From positions 1 through 58,341 of the forward strand of contig CAXHJY010000209.1 in the NCBI GenBank assembly GCA_964016885.1: DNA of 58,341 nucleotides, read 5' to 3'. This DNA comes from Eledone cirrhosa (lineage: Eukaryota). The position numbers and the translations under genes are program-made. The notes below the pieces were generated by a model. The model had not been told where the DNA came from. It worked only from the letters and a program-made list of their open reading frames with translations, and did not search any database. This document shows positions 28,160 through 46,599 of this stretch, one piece after another (position 1 is the first letter of the stretch; each line of letters starts with the position of its first letter).

Positions 28160-28961
28160 ATCTAAGGCGGGTAAAATTCCCGAGATCCATGGACGAGTTC
28201 TCTCCAGCGGTCTGTGTCCCTCACTATCATTGCCATGTCCTGCGTCTCCAACAGACCAGTGTCTGTCCTTAGGGCATCAACATACGTTAACCTTGGTCTT
28301 CCCCTTCTAGTGTGTCCATGTAGGGGCTCCCAAAAGAGTACTGAGTGCAATGTCAACTCTGGATGTCGGTGAGCATGTCCAGCTAACCTCAGTCTCCTCT
28401 GTGTCGCTTTTGAACTGACATTTGGGATGCTCCCATACAGCTCTGAGTTTTTCATCCTCAGTGTATACTGATTAATGTTCAGAGCCATCCTCAGCATTCT
28501 CGTGTAGCACTCATCCACCATCTGAGTGAGTTTCTTGGTCAGTGTCCAAGTCTCAGACCCATACAGCAGCACAGACTCCACTACAGCAATGAAGAGGCGG
28601 ATTTTCAGGTCTCTACGAAGGTCCAACTTCCACACCAATCTCAAACTGTGGCACGCCGCCTAGGCCCTGCTCTTCCTCTCAACCACATCATCCTCCGTAT
28701 TTCCAATCTTTGCTCCCAAATACAGGAAGGCCTCAACCAATATCGGATGCTGAATTTGCCGACGACATAGTTTTGGTGACAGATACAGTGAAGGAAACAG
28801 AGGATTTGATGCGGGAGGTTGAGACTGTGTCGATGAGTGTGGGGCTGAGAATGAATGAGACTAAAACAAAATATCTGGTAGAGAATGTTGAGAAGCCAGA
28901 GGGGATCACTAATGTAGGCGGGAAGCCGCTGGAATTGGTTGAGGACTTCCTGTATTTGGGA
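28160..28961 (-). mobile_element. Second copy of the same LINE: 3' end (28160-28740, -) with an inverted RT piece (28741-28961, +)
   Basis: Minus ORF 28162-28644; plus-strand EFADDIVL...GLRMNETKTK...VEDFLYLG; ~27 nt of the FLYLG region is present in both arms. Confidence 0.85.
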
Positions 28962-32636
<3,675 letters not shown>

Positions 32637-32672
32637 TATATATATATATATACAATATATATATATATATAT

Positions 32673-32706
<34 letters not shown>

Positions 32707-32715
32707 TGTATATAT

Positions 32716-33010
32716 TAGGAAGTGAGGTTTTTTTTACAAAATGAAAAATAACCGAGGTGTCCTACACGAGTGGAAGTATAAAGAAAAAAAGATGATATCG
32801 AAAATGCAACTGAAGTCTTATTTTAAAAAAAAATATATATATTTATTTGGTTCCTTTACCGGTTTCGCAGTTCTTCTGCTTTTCAAAAGGTGAGTTGAGA
32901 TGGAGGGTCTGTGGTTTTTCTCACTGCGAAACCGGTAAAGGAACCAAATAAATATATATATTTTTAAAGAAAATAAGACTTCAGTTGCATTTTCGATTTC
33001 ATCTCTTTTT

Positions 33011-33017
<7 letters not shown>
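32716..33017 (-). mobile_element. pLTR-like fragment with fold-back; same family as 47280-47643
   Basis: 32777-32871 is inverted against 32922-33017; near-identical to 47280-47490. Confidence 0.8.
32853..32890 (-). ncRNA. Minimal hammerhead with a U3-A8 core
   Basis: cctt-TTGAAAA-gcag-aagaa-ctgc-GAAA-ccgg-TA-aagg. Confidence 0.75.
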
Positions 33018-33046
<29 letters not shown>

Positions 33047-33117
33047 TTATACAATATATATATATATATATATACAATATATATATATATATATATATAC
33101 AATATATATATATATAC

Positions 33118-33170
<53 letters not shown>

Positions 33171-33180
33171 ATATATATAT

Positions 33181-33268
<88 letters not shown>

Positions 33269-33269
<1 letters not shown>

Positions 33270-33724
33270 AAAAGTTCTATTTAAATTGTTGGGATACAAC
33301 AAGCAAATATTTTTATAACTGATATAAAGCACTCAACAAATAATTGGAGTAAAAATACGATATTAACAAATGGAAACTATATTTATAAAACTATATTTAT
33401 TTCATTATACATATTTCAAGGACACCAAGTTAATTACAGTGTGCTTTCATGAGATAAAATATAATATAGAGCAGTTTTATAAATAAATATTGACATACCA
33501 TTAAAGAATGCAACCATTACTGTTAGAAGCTCCCGGATAGTCTATCCGGGAGCTTCTAACAGTAATGGTTGCATTCTTTAATGGTATGTCAATATTTATT
33601 TATAAAACTGCTCTATATTATATTTTATCTCATGAAAGCACACTGTAATTAACTTGGTGTCCTTGAAATATGTATAATGAAATAAATATAGTTTTATAAA
33701 TATAGTTTCCATTTGTTAATATCG

Positions 33725-33726
<2 letters not shown>
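33269..33726. mobile_element. pLTR of a PLE-1-related family forming a 371 bp palindrome (33356-33726, centre 33541)
   Basis: Arms mirror around a 1 nt spacer; HHR-like CTCATGA..GAAAtatgtaTA at 33398-33461(-) and 33621-33684(+); homologous to 590-745 and 4350-4414. Confidence 0.85.
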
Positions 33727-34330
<604 letters not shown>

Positions 34331-34414
34331 AACTCAATGTGATCAGAATGACTTGTATTTTAATTTCACTGTCCCAACTTCTTATATTATGGAAAAAATA
34401 TATGTGTCTGTATT

Positions 34415-34622
34415 TATATATATATATATATTTGGAGGCCATTTCTCTGTGTGTGGGTGTATGTATGTGTATATGTGTGTGTGTGTGTATGTGTGTGCAT
34501 GTGGATGTATGTATTGTGTGTGCGTGTGTGTGTGTGTGTGTATGTGTGTATGTATATATATGTGCGTGTGTGTGTATGTATGTATGGGTGTGTGTGTGTG
34601 TGTATATATATATATGTGTGTG

Positions 34623-34653
<31 letters not shown>

Positions 34654-34693
34654 ATGTATGTGTGTATCTGGATGTATGTGTATGTATATATAC

Positions 34694-34739
<46 letters not shown>

Positions 34740-34888
34740 ATGTGTATATATGTGTGTGTGTGTGTATGTGTGTATGTATATGTATGTGTGTGTGTATGTA
34801 TGTGTGTATATGTATATATATGTATATATATATGTATATGTATATGTATATGTATGTATGTGTGGATGAAGGTATGTGTGTATATATA
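34415..34888. repeat. Mixed (TG)/(TA) microsatellite
   Basis: Direct reading. Confidence 0.95.
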
Positions 34889-35201
34889 GGTGTAAGTGCA
34901 CTAAATCCCTTTCTAGCACGCTCCACTCTCCTACCCACCACAGGAAGATATGTGTATGTATATTGCTTCCACCTCCTCACTGACCAGCAGCTGCCCTGTT
35001 GGCGATTGCTAAATCTGACCTTTATAAAATAACCCACACCCCAAATAACTTCTCATTCACTACCAGAAAGGGACACAGCAGTCAACCTGTTGTTGCTACC
35101 TAGATGAAAACTGCTATGAAATCCCACAATGAATTTTATACTTGAATTTTCAAATCTCAAATTTTAACTCTTCGTATTATTAATTTTTCTTAATATTAAT
35201 C

Positions 35202-35249
35202 AACATTTGAAAAGATGGCTTTTGCAGACCCATCGAAACCGGTCATTTT
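35202..35249 (+). ncRNA. Hammerhead with a U3-A8 core (second family)
   Basis: aacat-TTGAAAA-gatgg-cttttgcagac-ccatc-GAAA-ccgg-TC-atttt; one mismatch in stem I. Confidence 0.65.
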
Positions 35250-35385
35250 TTATACCCTTTATTATTTCCTTACCTTATAAAATTATGGTTTTTCACAAAA
35301 AAGTATTCTGTCTCTTATATATTCCATGTGCCATTACCAACCTCAATTATCTCTATAACCTTCGTTTTGTGTAGAAAATTACACT

Positions 35386-35433
<48 letters not shown>

Positions 35434-35499
35434 CTATATATATATATATACACAATATATATATATATATATATATACAATATATATGATTTTGAGTTT

Positions 35500-35576
35500 G
35501 TCTCCTGATGAATCCTAACTCAAGACATTCCTATTAATTGGATATCTAAAAATACGGATGAAACCATGGTAGAGAT
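35500..35576 (+). ncRNA. Type I hammerhead ribozyme (paralog of 25664-25740)
   Basis: gtctc-CTGATGA-atcc...ggat-GAAA-ccatgg-TA-gagat. Confidence 0.85.
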
Positions 35577-35858
35577 ATAATTACGGTATGTACACATTTC
35601 TTCTAAGTTTAATTTTATACCTAATTGTGTATGGTTGATGGTATATTTAGTCAGTTTCTACGTGCTGTCGAAATGTTGGATAAAAACTCTATTGGGGCCA
35701 CCGCGAAAAGGCCACTTTCAGTTATTTGTCGGAGATTTCTTCATAAGAGCCTTTCTTCTTATAGCTAGGTCTAACTGTTTTTTTATATGGTTAATTATGC
35801 TAATTGGAAGAGGAAATGGTATATATTTTATCTAATAATTATAAGGACATGATTTATG

Positions 35859-35881
35859 ATACAATATATATATATATATAT

Positions 35882-35947
<66 letters not shown>

Positions 35948-36075
35948 ATATATATATGTATATATATACAATATATATATATATATTTATATATACAATA
36001 TATATATATATATACAATATATATATATATATATACTATATATATATATATATACAATATATATATATATATACA

Positions 36076-36106
<31 letters not shown>

Positions 36107-36180
36107 CAATATATATATATGTATATATATACAATATATATATATACATTTATATATACAATATATATATATATATACAT

Positions 36181-36223
<43 letters not shown>

Positions 36224-36240
36224 TATATATATATATATAC

Positions 36241-36260
<20 letters not shown>
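35859..36260. repeat. (TA)nCAA array
   Basis: Direct reading. Confidence 0.95.
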
Positions 36261-36274
<14 letters not shown>

Positions 36275-36454
36275 TAATTTAATATATCTACTAACATAAG
36301 CGCACAGATGTACGCTAATGCCAGCAAATACACAGATTATGTCATAGTACCTAGGTGGTTCAATGCAGGAGGATGCAGAACAATAATATAAAAGACGTAA
36401 AATAAGAAAATTTAAAAAAAATTTTTTTAAAAAATTAACTTACTTAAATTTTCA

Positions 36455-36534
36455 CTCCAACTAATTAGTTTCTGCAATGGGATAAAGACAGTTACGTAAT
36501 GAACTGTTGAGAATTTCATTGCGTCATCAGGGAG
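36455..36534 (-). ncRNA. Type I hammerhead ribozyme in a solo ~410 bp pLTR-like insert (36273-36684)
   Basis: ctcc-CTGATGA-cgcaatg...cattgca-GAAA-ctaattag-TT-ggag. Confidence 0.75.
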
Positions 36535-36686
36535 ATCATTCTCATCCAAGTCTCCAGGCAATGCGCGGACACTGGGGACTCATATAAAAATAATAATAAT
36601 TCGGTAAATGGAACAGCTATCGAGGACTGGATTCCAGGTACTGAAAATTCTCACTGCCACTGGTCATATGGCCGATTCTAAATTAT

Positions 36687-36723
<37 letters not shown>

Positions 36724-36829
36724 GTATGTATATATATATATACTATATATATATATATACTATATATATATATATATGTATATATATATAATATATATAT
36801 ATATATATACAATATATATATATATATAG

Positions 36830-36871
<42 letters not shown>

Positions 36872-36893
36872 ATATATATATATATATATATAT

Positions 36894-38555
36894 ATGAAAG
36901 TAACAGAAAGAGTTATAGCACAGTTGATAAGGGACCGGGTGAAACTAGATGAGATGCAATTTGGGTTTGTACCAGGAAGAGGCACCACTGATGCCCTCTT
37001 CCTTGTGAGGAAGTTACAGGAAAAGTACCTAGCTAAAAGTAAATCACTCTACCTGGCATTCGTCGATCTCGAGAAAGCCTTTGACAAAGTTCCACGTGCT
37101 GTAATCTGGTGGGCTCATAGAAAACTAGGAGTAGATGAATGGCTTGTGAAAGCTGAACAAGCCATGTATAGGGGAGCAGTCAGCAAAGTTAGGATTAGCA
37201 ATGAGTATAGCGAGGAATTTAGCGTACAGGTTGGGGTCCACCAGGGATCTGTTCTTAGCCCTCTCCTGTTCATCATAGTCCTACAGGCAATAACGGATGA
37301 GTTTAAGACCGGCTGCGCATGGGAACTCCTGTATGCAGATGACCTCACACTTATAGCTGAATCTATAGTAGAACTAGAGAAGAATTTCCAAACTTGGAAG
37401 CAGGGACTAGAAAGAAAGGGTCTCAAAGTCAACATGACAAAGACTAAGGTCCTTGTAAGTAAACGAGAAAACAGAACCCAGATCTCCTCAGGGAAATGGC
37501 ATTGCCCCAAATGCAAACAATGGGTACACAAGAGATGGAGCGGGATCTCAGGAAGCTTAATTAAGAATGTAAGCTTCACATGCAGCAGCTGTACTGGGAC
37601 AGCAAGCAGCAAACAGCCACAGGAAACAAGTAACACCAATCTCTCGGAGGGCTCTGTAGAGACAGTAGACAGCTTCTGCTACCTAGGTGACCGAATTAGC
37701 AGCGGAGGTGGGTGTTCAGAAAGTACAATAACTAGGGTAAGAATGGGATGGAAGAAGTTCAGGGAACTACTACCACTGCTAGCTGCAAAATGCCTTTCCC
37801 TCAAAATGAAAGGCAGACTGTATGATGCGTGTATCCGAACAGCAATGTTACATAGTAGTGAGACCTGGGCGCTGAAGGTGGAAGACTTACGTAGATTAGA
37901 GAGAAACGAAGCCTGCATGCTCCGATGGATGTGTAATAGTAATATACACGAACGACAAAGCATAAATGATTTGAGAGAGAGACTGAGCATAAGAGGAATC
38001 AAATGCTGTGTGCAGGAGAGGCGGTTGCGTTGGTATGGACATGTGATGCGTATGAAGGATGACAGCCTCATAAAAAGTTGCAGAGCACTAGAAGTCGATG
38101 GAAACCGCGGAGTGGGGAGACCTAAGATGAACTGGGATGAGGTGATAAAAGCCGACCTTACCCAATTACACATCTCAAAGGCGATGATACATGACCGTGA
38201 CCTCTGGCGTCACGCAGTAATACAGAGTACCCGACCTCCCATGGGTACAAGCTGAAGCATATAGACAATATGCCCTCACACCCTGCCGCTGCAAGGTGGT
38301 CGTGGAGGTGCCACGGAAAAAAAAGCACCCAGCCCACACTGTAAAGTGGACGTGTAGCCAAAAACCACCCAACACTCACTGTAAATGGGGTTGGTGTTAG
38401 GAAGGGCATCCAGCTGTAGAAATCAAGCCAAATCAGTTTCTGTATGAGCAAGGCATGGTCAGTCGACCAGACACTGCCCACAACAGGACAACCCGTCTAA
38501 CCCATGTTAGCATGGAAGAACGGACGTAAAACGGCGATGATGATGATGATGATGA
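36894..38555 (+). mobile_element. 5'-truncated RTE-clade LINE; 453 aa open frame (36894-38255), ~300 bp 3' UTR, (GAT)n tail
   Basis: QFGFVPGRGTTDA, FVDLEKAFD, GVHQGSVLSPLLF, LLYADDL, SETW, RLRWYGHV; tail catggaagaacggacgtaaaacggc(gat)n. Confidence 0.93.
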
Positions 38556-38587
<32 letters not shown>

Positions 38588-38684
38588 CATATATACTATA
38601 TATATATATAAATACAATATATATATATATATATACTATATATATATATATATACAATATATATATATATATATATACATATAT

Positions 38685-38853
38685 ACAAGGCCACCAATTA
38701 TCCAGTGCATTACTGGTACTTTATTTTATCGACCCCGTAAGGATGAAAGGCAAAGTCAACCTCGGCGGGATTTGTACTCAGATCGTAAAGGGACGTAACT
38801 ATGCTGGAACGCATGGCGTCCGAGTCCTCTACTGATACTGCCAATCCACCGCC
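38685..38853 (-). mobile_element. tRNA-derived SINE (subfamily 1), 3' end cut by the (TA)nCAA array
   Basis: Match to 13503-13670. Confidence 0.88.
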
Positions 38854-39027
38854 CTTATATAAAAATAAAATAATAACACGAGATAGAGTTACGTTGGGAG
38901 AGATTTAATTGCCCTATATATTTCGGATTCATATCCATCAACTGGAGTTTTTCCGGGGGGGGGGGGTTGTCCGTCGCAAAGGTGCGAAACGTATCTTCTG
39001 CTGTTCTTTATTTTGAATATCTGAGGA

Positions 39028-39048
39028 ATATTGTATATATATATATAT

Positions 39049-39091
<43 letters not shown>

Positions 39092-39156
39092 TATATATTG
39101 TATATATATATATATATATATATATTGTATATATATATTGTATATATATATATATA

Positions 39157-39223
<67 letters not shown>

Positions 39224-39240
39224 ATATATATATATATACA

Positions 39241-39271
<31 letters not shown>

Positions 39272-39289
39272 ATATATATATATATATAT

Positions 39290-39325
<36 letters not shown>

Positions 39326-39350
39326 ATATATATATATATATATATATATA
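39028..39350. repeat. TA array: TTG-type units (39028-39165) followed by CAA-type units
   Basis: Direct reading. Confidence 0.92.
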
Positions 39351-39433
39351 CGTTATTCCGGGTTGAATCGGAGGTAACCACAGTAAGTAAGGTACTCAAT
39401 ACATAGCAGAGTATAAAAGTTTTAATATAGATG

Positions 39434-39484
39434 AGATTATACAGGACTAGAACTGTTTCATTCATTAGAAATCATCAGGAATCT
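39434..39484 (-). ncRNA. Type I hammerhead ribozyme
   Basis: agattc-CTGATGA-tttc-taat-gaat-GAAA-cag-ttctagtc-ctg-TA-taatct; degenerate paralog at ~46703-46753. Confidence 0.75.
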
Positions 39485-39944
39485 GGGTATCAAAAAATAA
39501 AAATGGTATTTATAGGTCTCTACAAGTGGTAGGAGAGGGTGGGGAGTGGGATGGGTGTAGGTCATTGGTTGATAGAAAAGGGAATTCATTAAAAGCTAAT
39601 TCTACAAAGCTTTAGTTTATTTTTATTTATTTATGTTTTTAGCGTAACAAGGGCAGACAGAATTCTATAAACAGGTTCCGGATGGCATACCATTCCTTGT
39701 CATTAAGTTTCCCTTAAGCTAACAGATGTCTATAAGATCAGAGGGGGGTCAGTCATGGTCGATAGTATTAAAGAAAAGGGAGATTCTTTAAAAGCTAAAA
39801 TCATTAAGGTTCTACTAAGTGACAAAGGTTTAGAGAATTCTGTTGACAGATTCAAAATACTGAGTGCATATCTTACAATTATCTTCGAACTTCTCTTAAA
39901 CTAATCAACTATATGCCAAAAATCGACAGACACATTCACAAAAA

Positions 39945-40070
39945 AACATACTCACTCACACACTCACGCGCAAACATAAACACACATACACATACACATA
40001 TACACATATAAAAACACACACACATATATATAAATATATTTATATACATACACATACATACACACATACA

Positions 40071-40159
<89 letters not shown>

Positions 40160-40281
40160 GCACACACACACACATATATATACACATATAAATACACTCA
40201 CACACATACATACAAACACAAATATACATGTGTATACATATACACACAAATACACATATATATACAGACATATATATACAG

Positions 40282-40369
<88 letters not shown>

Positions 40370-40437
40370 TACATATATATATATATATATAAAACACATA
40401 CACACACATATATACATATACACACACATACACACAA

Positions 40438-40528
<91 letters not shown>

Positions 40529-40587
40529 TATATATATACATAAACAAACATATACATATACATACACACACACACACAGACATACAT

Positions 40588-40640
<53 letters not shown>

Positions 40641-40667
40641 TATACACATATATAAGGAAAAAGCACC

Positions 40668-40716
<49 letters not shown>

Positions 40717-40844
40717 TATATATATATACACACATATATATATATATATATATATAGTGAGAGAGAGAGAGAGATACACCATTCATACATATATTCATAT
40801 ATATATACATACACACATATATACATATATATATATATATATAA

Positions 40845-40893
<49 letters not shown>

Positions 40894-41024
40894 TATATAT
40901 ATATATACATATATATACATAGACATATACATATATATATATACACACACACACATATACATACACATATACACACACACATACACATACATACATATAT
41001 ACACACAAATACATACACACATAT

Positions 41025-41073
<49 letters not shown>

Positions 41074-41112
41074 TATATATATACATAAATATATATATAT
41101 ATATATAAATAT

Positions 41113-41161
<49 letters not shown>

Positions 41162-41276
41162 CAAACATACATACAAACATACATATACACATACATATAT
41201 ATATACATATACATATATATATATATATATACATACATACACACATATACATATACATATATACACATACACACAC

Positions 41277-41307
<31 letters not shown>

Positions 41308-41400
41308 CATACATATACACACACATATAAATACACACACACACATATACACATATATATATACACACACACACACACACATACACATGCATATGTATAA

Positions 41401-41438
<38 letters not shown>

Positions 41439-41525
41439 CCATACATATACAAATATACACATACATACACAGACCTATACATAAATATACACATATATAC
41501 AGACATATAACGCATATATACACAC

Positions 41526-41556
<31 letters not shown>

Positions 41557-41617
41557 CACGCATACACACATACACACACACACACACAAATATATATACA
41601 CACTCTCTCTCACGCAC

Positions 41618-41650
<33 letters not shown>

Positions 41651-41679
41651 AATATATACACATATATATATATATACAC

Positions 41680-41730
<51 letters not shown>

Positions 41731-41749
41731 TACACACCTGCCCACACAC

Positions 41750-41788
<39 letters not shown>

Positions 41789-41810
41789 TACACACATACA
41801 CACACACACG

Positions 41811-41868
<58 letters not shown>

Positions 41869-42120
41869 TACACATACACCTACATACATACATACATACA
41901 CATACACATACATACACATATATACACACATATATATATACATACATATATATATACACATATATATATACATATATACATATATATACATACATAAATA
42001 TACACACATAAAACACATATACACACAAACATATATATATATATATACACATACACATACATATACACACATACAAACAAATATATACACATACAAGTAA
42101 ATAAGTACTCAATAAATATA
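39945..42120. repeat. ~2.2 kb mixed (CA)/(TA) microsatellite
   Basis: Direct reading; lacks TA-CAA-TA units. Confidence 0.95.
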
Positions 42121-42273
42121 CGCATATACGCAGGCACATAAAAACACCTCTACAGGCAGAAAATGTAGATACGAAAGAGGTACTCACATAACCATAGTGG
42201 CCGTATTTCAGGTTGAGGAGGGGTGGGGGTAGGGTGGGGAGGAGGTATAGGGGCCAATAGGGGGAGGTCGTTT

Positions 42274-42750
42274 TTAGCCATCGGGCTTTAACACTGGCTT
42301 AAAGTGTTTGAAAGTTGCAAAGTTCTTGTGCATGCAGTTCGGGCAGTGTTCAGAGAGTTTGTTCAGTAGCGGGCCCTTGGCGAATAAAATTTCGTAGCTC
42401 TCTGAAATACAAAGGTCGCAGCCCTTGTGTCCTCCGTTGTAAGAGCGCGCTTTCTGGAGTATTTTCCATTTAGGCATGAAGGGGGTGGAGTTCCTTTTGA
42501 GGTCTCAAACGTAGGAGGCGAGTGTTGTCTGATTTGATTTATCCGGTCTCCTGAAGGAGTGGGTATGGGCATACCAACGGGTCTTAAAGTTGTTGGAGGT
42601 CATGCCGATGTAAGTTTTTTTGCAATCCTTGGTGCCTGAGATGACATCGCATTTGTATACGATATCATTTGTGAGGCATTTGTTTTCAAGTGGGCATGCT
42701 TCCTTATTTAGGCAATTACATAGAGCCCCAGTCCGGGGAATGGTTTCGGA
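42274..42750 (-). pseudogene. PLE-4 GIY-YIG endonuclease fragment
   Basis: CNCLNKEACPLENKCLTNDIVYKCDV...TYIGMTSNNFKTRWYAHTHSF...KWKILQKARSY....CDLCISE...LNK.SE....CMH. Confidence 0.9.
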
Positions 42751-42784
42751 TTATATATATATATATATACAATATATATATACA

Positions 42785-42870
<86 letters not shown>

Positions 42871-42879
42871 GTATATATA

Positions 42880-42916
<37 letters not shown>

Positions 42917-43054
42917 ATATATATATATACAATATACATATATATATACTATATACATACATATATATATATACAATATATATATATATATACAATATAT
43001 ATATATATATATATACAATATATATATATATATATACAATATATATATATATAT

Positions 43055-43098
<44 letters not shown>

Positions 43099-43109
43099 AT
43101 ATATATACA

Positions 43110-43146
<37 letters not shown>

Positions 43147-43147
43147 C

Positions 43148-43179
<32 letters not shown>

Positions 43180-43214
43180 ATATTATATATATATATATTA
43201 TATATATATATATA

Positions 43215-43251
<37 letters not shown>

Positions 43252-43427
43252 ATATATATATATATATACAATATACATATATATATACTATATATATACA
43301 TATATATATATATATACAATATATATATATATACTATATATATATATATATATACAATATATATATATATATATATATATACTATATATATATATATATA
43401 TATACTATATATATATATATATATATA

Positions 43428-43502
<75 letters not shown>

Positions 43503-43541
43503 TATATATACATATATATATACAATATATATATATATATG
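42750..43541. repeat. (TA)nCAA/CTA array
   Basis: Direct reading. Confidence 0.95.
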
Positions 43542-45200
43542 TAGGAGGTGAGTTTTATTGTAGTACAATAAAGCAATGCAATGCAGATATCGGATAAGTT
43601 GCACTCTACAGTTTGTTGGACTGGAGTATAAATAATATATGAGATCAAAAGATGGTTAAAAGAGTTCCATCTATTTTATTATGCGCATTTCAAAAACAAA
43701 TATCATCATATGCGATGACATTTGTGTTTTCGTCAGATAAAATAGGGAGACATGATATGAAGGTTAAAAAAACACTTGTGAATAGTGCAGTTTTAAATCA
43801 ACATATGAAAAGTAGTTTTAAATTGATGTGTGATATTTGGAAAAAAAATTTGAGGGGGGGGGGATGAAAAAGAGGAGAAGATGAGAGTAATGAATGGAGG
43901 GGGAGGGTATAATAAGGAAGGATAAGATAGGAGGAGAGATGGGTGATAGAGAGAGAGACATAGCTTTTATAACTGAGAAAAATATATTGTTTTACATAGA
44001 GAGGTTAAAAAACCGTTGGAAGATAATATATAAATTAAAAGAATTTGAAAATTAACGAAGAGAAAAATTTTAGAATAATGTTAAATTAAGGTTTGTATAT
44101 TGAAGGGTTTAATAATATGTGCGATGAAAAGAAATTGTTAATATGTATTAAGAATAATATTTAAGGGTTTAATAATATGTGCGATGGAAAGAAATTGTTG
44201 ATATGTATTATTAAAAAAATATAAAAATATAACAATAGTAATGTAATTAAGGATATATTGTGAAAAGAAGTAGAAGAGTGGATGAATAAGTGTAATATGT
44301 ATAAGTTAGATGAGCATGAAAGGGAGAAAAAATAATGAATTGAGGATGAATAATCTAACGTCAAAAAAATGTTTATGTTTACGAAGGATTTTTCAAGGTG
44401 ATATTATAAAATATTTAAAAGGGTAAGGATATATTGTGGTGATTAATAATGAGAATTGAGAAGTATCTAGGAAGAAAAAGTACAGATTAGAGGTTAGAAA
44501 TTAAAAGAAAAAGAAAAAGAAAAAGAAAAAAGGAAAAAAAGAAAGATAAGGAAGTGATAAATAGGAGTGATATAGAATGAGTAACTAGTATTATATAATT
44601 TATAATAAATAACATTGAAATAAAGTAGAAAGATGGGTATATTTTTAAAGAAATATATATGTATATATATATGTGCCTTTGAGAAAAGGATTTTAAAATG
44701 GTAAAGTATTAAATATTAGCTGTATACTTTATGGAATGTTCTGTGGAATTTATGCAAGCAGAGAGAAAACAATCAGTGCGTCTATTTATTATAGAATCTA
44801 AATTAGATATAATGGTAAATTTCTCACATAAACAGAGATTACATGTCTTGGATAGAGAACCATTCAAGTATGGAGAAGCAGAACAAACCTTCCTCCAAGA
44901 GATGTTATAGTTAATATTTTTGTCTTTCAAGGACCATATGAGTTCTGAGAGAGCCGTGTTGGTTCTTTTAAGTTGGTATTTAAAAGAGGAATGATGATTA
45001 TAAAGACGAGCTTTAAAGGAGGTGGAAGTGGAGCCAAAATAGGTAAAGGAATTGGTGTCAGTTATAACTTTACATTCGTAGATTAAGTTTTTTTCAAGAC
45101 AATGGTTGTTGAGAGGACTTTTATTTTTAACAGGGCAATTACAATTGCGATTAGAGAAATTAACAGAGTTATTAACAAGTGACCTAGTTTTATCTATAGA
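43542..45200 (-). mobile_element. Naiad-type PLE-5, 5'-truncated (endonuclease 44709-45200, 3' UTR, HHR pLTR)
   Basis: [26 protein letters not shown]...TYFGSTSTSFKARLYNHHSSF...TALSELIWSLKDKNINYNISW...CNLCLCEKF. Confidence 0.85.
43671..43745 (-). ncRNA. Type I hammerhead ribozyme in the PLE-5 pLTR
   Basis: ctattttat-CTGACGA-aaacacaaatgtcatc..gatgatatttgttttt-GAAA-tgcgca-TA-ataaaatag; 9 bp stem I. Confidence 0.9.
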
Positions 45201-45213
45201 AGGAATATATATA

Positions 45214-45269
<56 letters not shown>

Positions 45270-45271
<2 letters not shown>

Positions 45272-45505
45272 GTAAGTATGTATGTATGTATACGTACATA
45301 CATATATGTATGCAGACGTACAGTAGTATGTATATATATATACATACATATATACACATATATATGTGCATGTATGTATATATATACATACTACTGTACG
45401 TCTGTATACATATATATATGTACGTATACATACATACATACATACATACATACATTTAAGTAAGTGCCGTACTAAGAGTGAGAAATGAAATTTCGTTTCA
45501 TTCTA
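45270..45505. mobile_element. Fold-back fragment of the 32066-32636 family
   Basis: cagacgtacagtagtatg is inverted against catactactgtacgtctg; ccgtactaagagtg..aatgaaatttcgtttcatt matches 32238-32272. Confidence 0.65.
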
Positions 45506-46300
45506 TTCCATTTATATATATATTTATTTATATACAATATATATAATAAGTATATATATATGTATCTATATACAATATAAGTATATATATATATATATTT
45601 ATTTATATACAATATAAGTATATTTATTTATATACAATATAAATATATATATATACAACATATATATATTTATTTATATACAATATAATTATATATATAT
45701 ATACTACATATATATTTATATACAATATATATATATATTTATATTTATATACAATATATATATACACTCACATCTTAGTTAATCTTTAAAAGTAATGATT
45801 TGTTGTCCTAATTAAATTCATACGTGCATTGTTCGTTGCTTTCTATTTTCATCTCTATCCTTCTTTATCTCTCTCTACTTCTTTCTATGTTCTATGTACC
45901 TATATCTCTACTTTTCATTTTTCCATTTCTTCTCTTTTTATCTCCTTTTTCTAGCTTCCTTATCCTTCTACTCTATGTTCATCATATTTTTTATTTTGCT
46001 GTCTTTGGAGTGTGGTCATCAATATTTTAGCTGATCACGTCTCCAATACTTATTTCAACCTGTTACTTATTCTATTACTGTATATTTTACCAAGTTGCTA
46101 AGTTTAGCTTTTTGATACAACAGTGGACTTTTTTAAATGATAGTATTGTGTCAAACACAAACCTAGATATGCACTCACACAAACACACATATCTTTTTCA
46201 TCCTCTCTCTCCCACGCTTTCTACGATTCTCTCCCTCTCTCTCTCTCTTTATATGTATTATATATATATATATGTGTGTGTTTGTGTGTATATATATATA

Positions 46301-46489
46301 TAACGAAGGAGATGTGGTAAGGAACCAGATGGACCATAACGCACCAAAGTACTCAATACTTAGGGTAGTAGAGTGGGTAATAGGAACAAGTATGACCCCG
46401 ATGGCAGAGCTCAAGCCGTTTCGTCCAGAATTTAGTCCAGAATTAGCCATCGAAACGGTTTCAGCTCTGCCGTTGGGGTCATACATGTT

Positions 46490-46492
<3 letters not shown>
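46301..46492 (-). mobile_element. pLTR-like fragment (13133 family) with fold-back at 46390-46484
   Basis: Match to 13133-13300; gtatgacccc...ggggtcatac inverted arms. Confidence 0.75.
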
Positions 46493-46556
<64 letters not shown>

Positions 46557-46558
<2 letters not shown>

Positions 46559-46599
46559 TCATCATCATCATTTTACGTCTACTTTTCCCTGCTTGCAAG
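46557..46599 (-). mobile_element. 3' tail fragment of the RTE family at 4830-6525
   Basis: Reverse complement reads cttgcaagcagggaaaagtagacgtaaaatgatgatg. Confidence 0.75.

Larger units (their letters stand above)
39351..42750 (-). mobile_element. Naiad-type PLE-4, 5'-truncated: endonuclease, microsatellite-expanded 3' UTR and HHR pLTR
   Basis: GIY-YIG at 42274-42750 and HHR at 39434-39484 in the same orientation; continuity across the microsatellite is inferred. Confidence 0.65.

Noticed and set aside
38911-38947. Hammerhead-like ctc-CAGTTGA-tggat..atcc-GAAA-tataTA-ggg (minus)
   Set aside because: The core deviates at two conserved positions and stem I is weak; at best a decayed HHR.
42495-42515. 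In-frame TGA in the PLE-4 endonuclease (SYV*DLK)
   Set aside because: It aligns to the conserved Trp (IW.LK), so it is a TGG>TGA decay mutation, not Sec.
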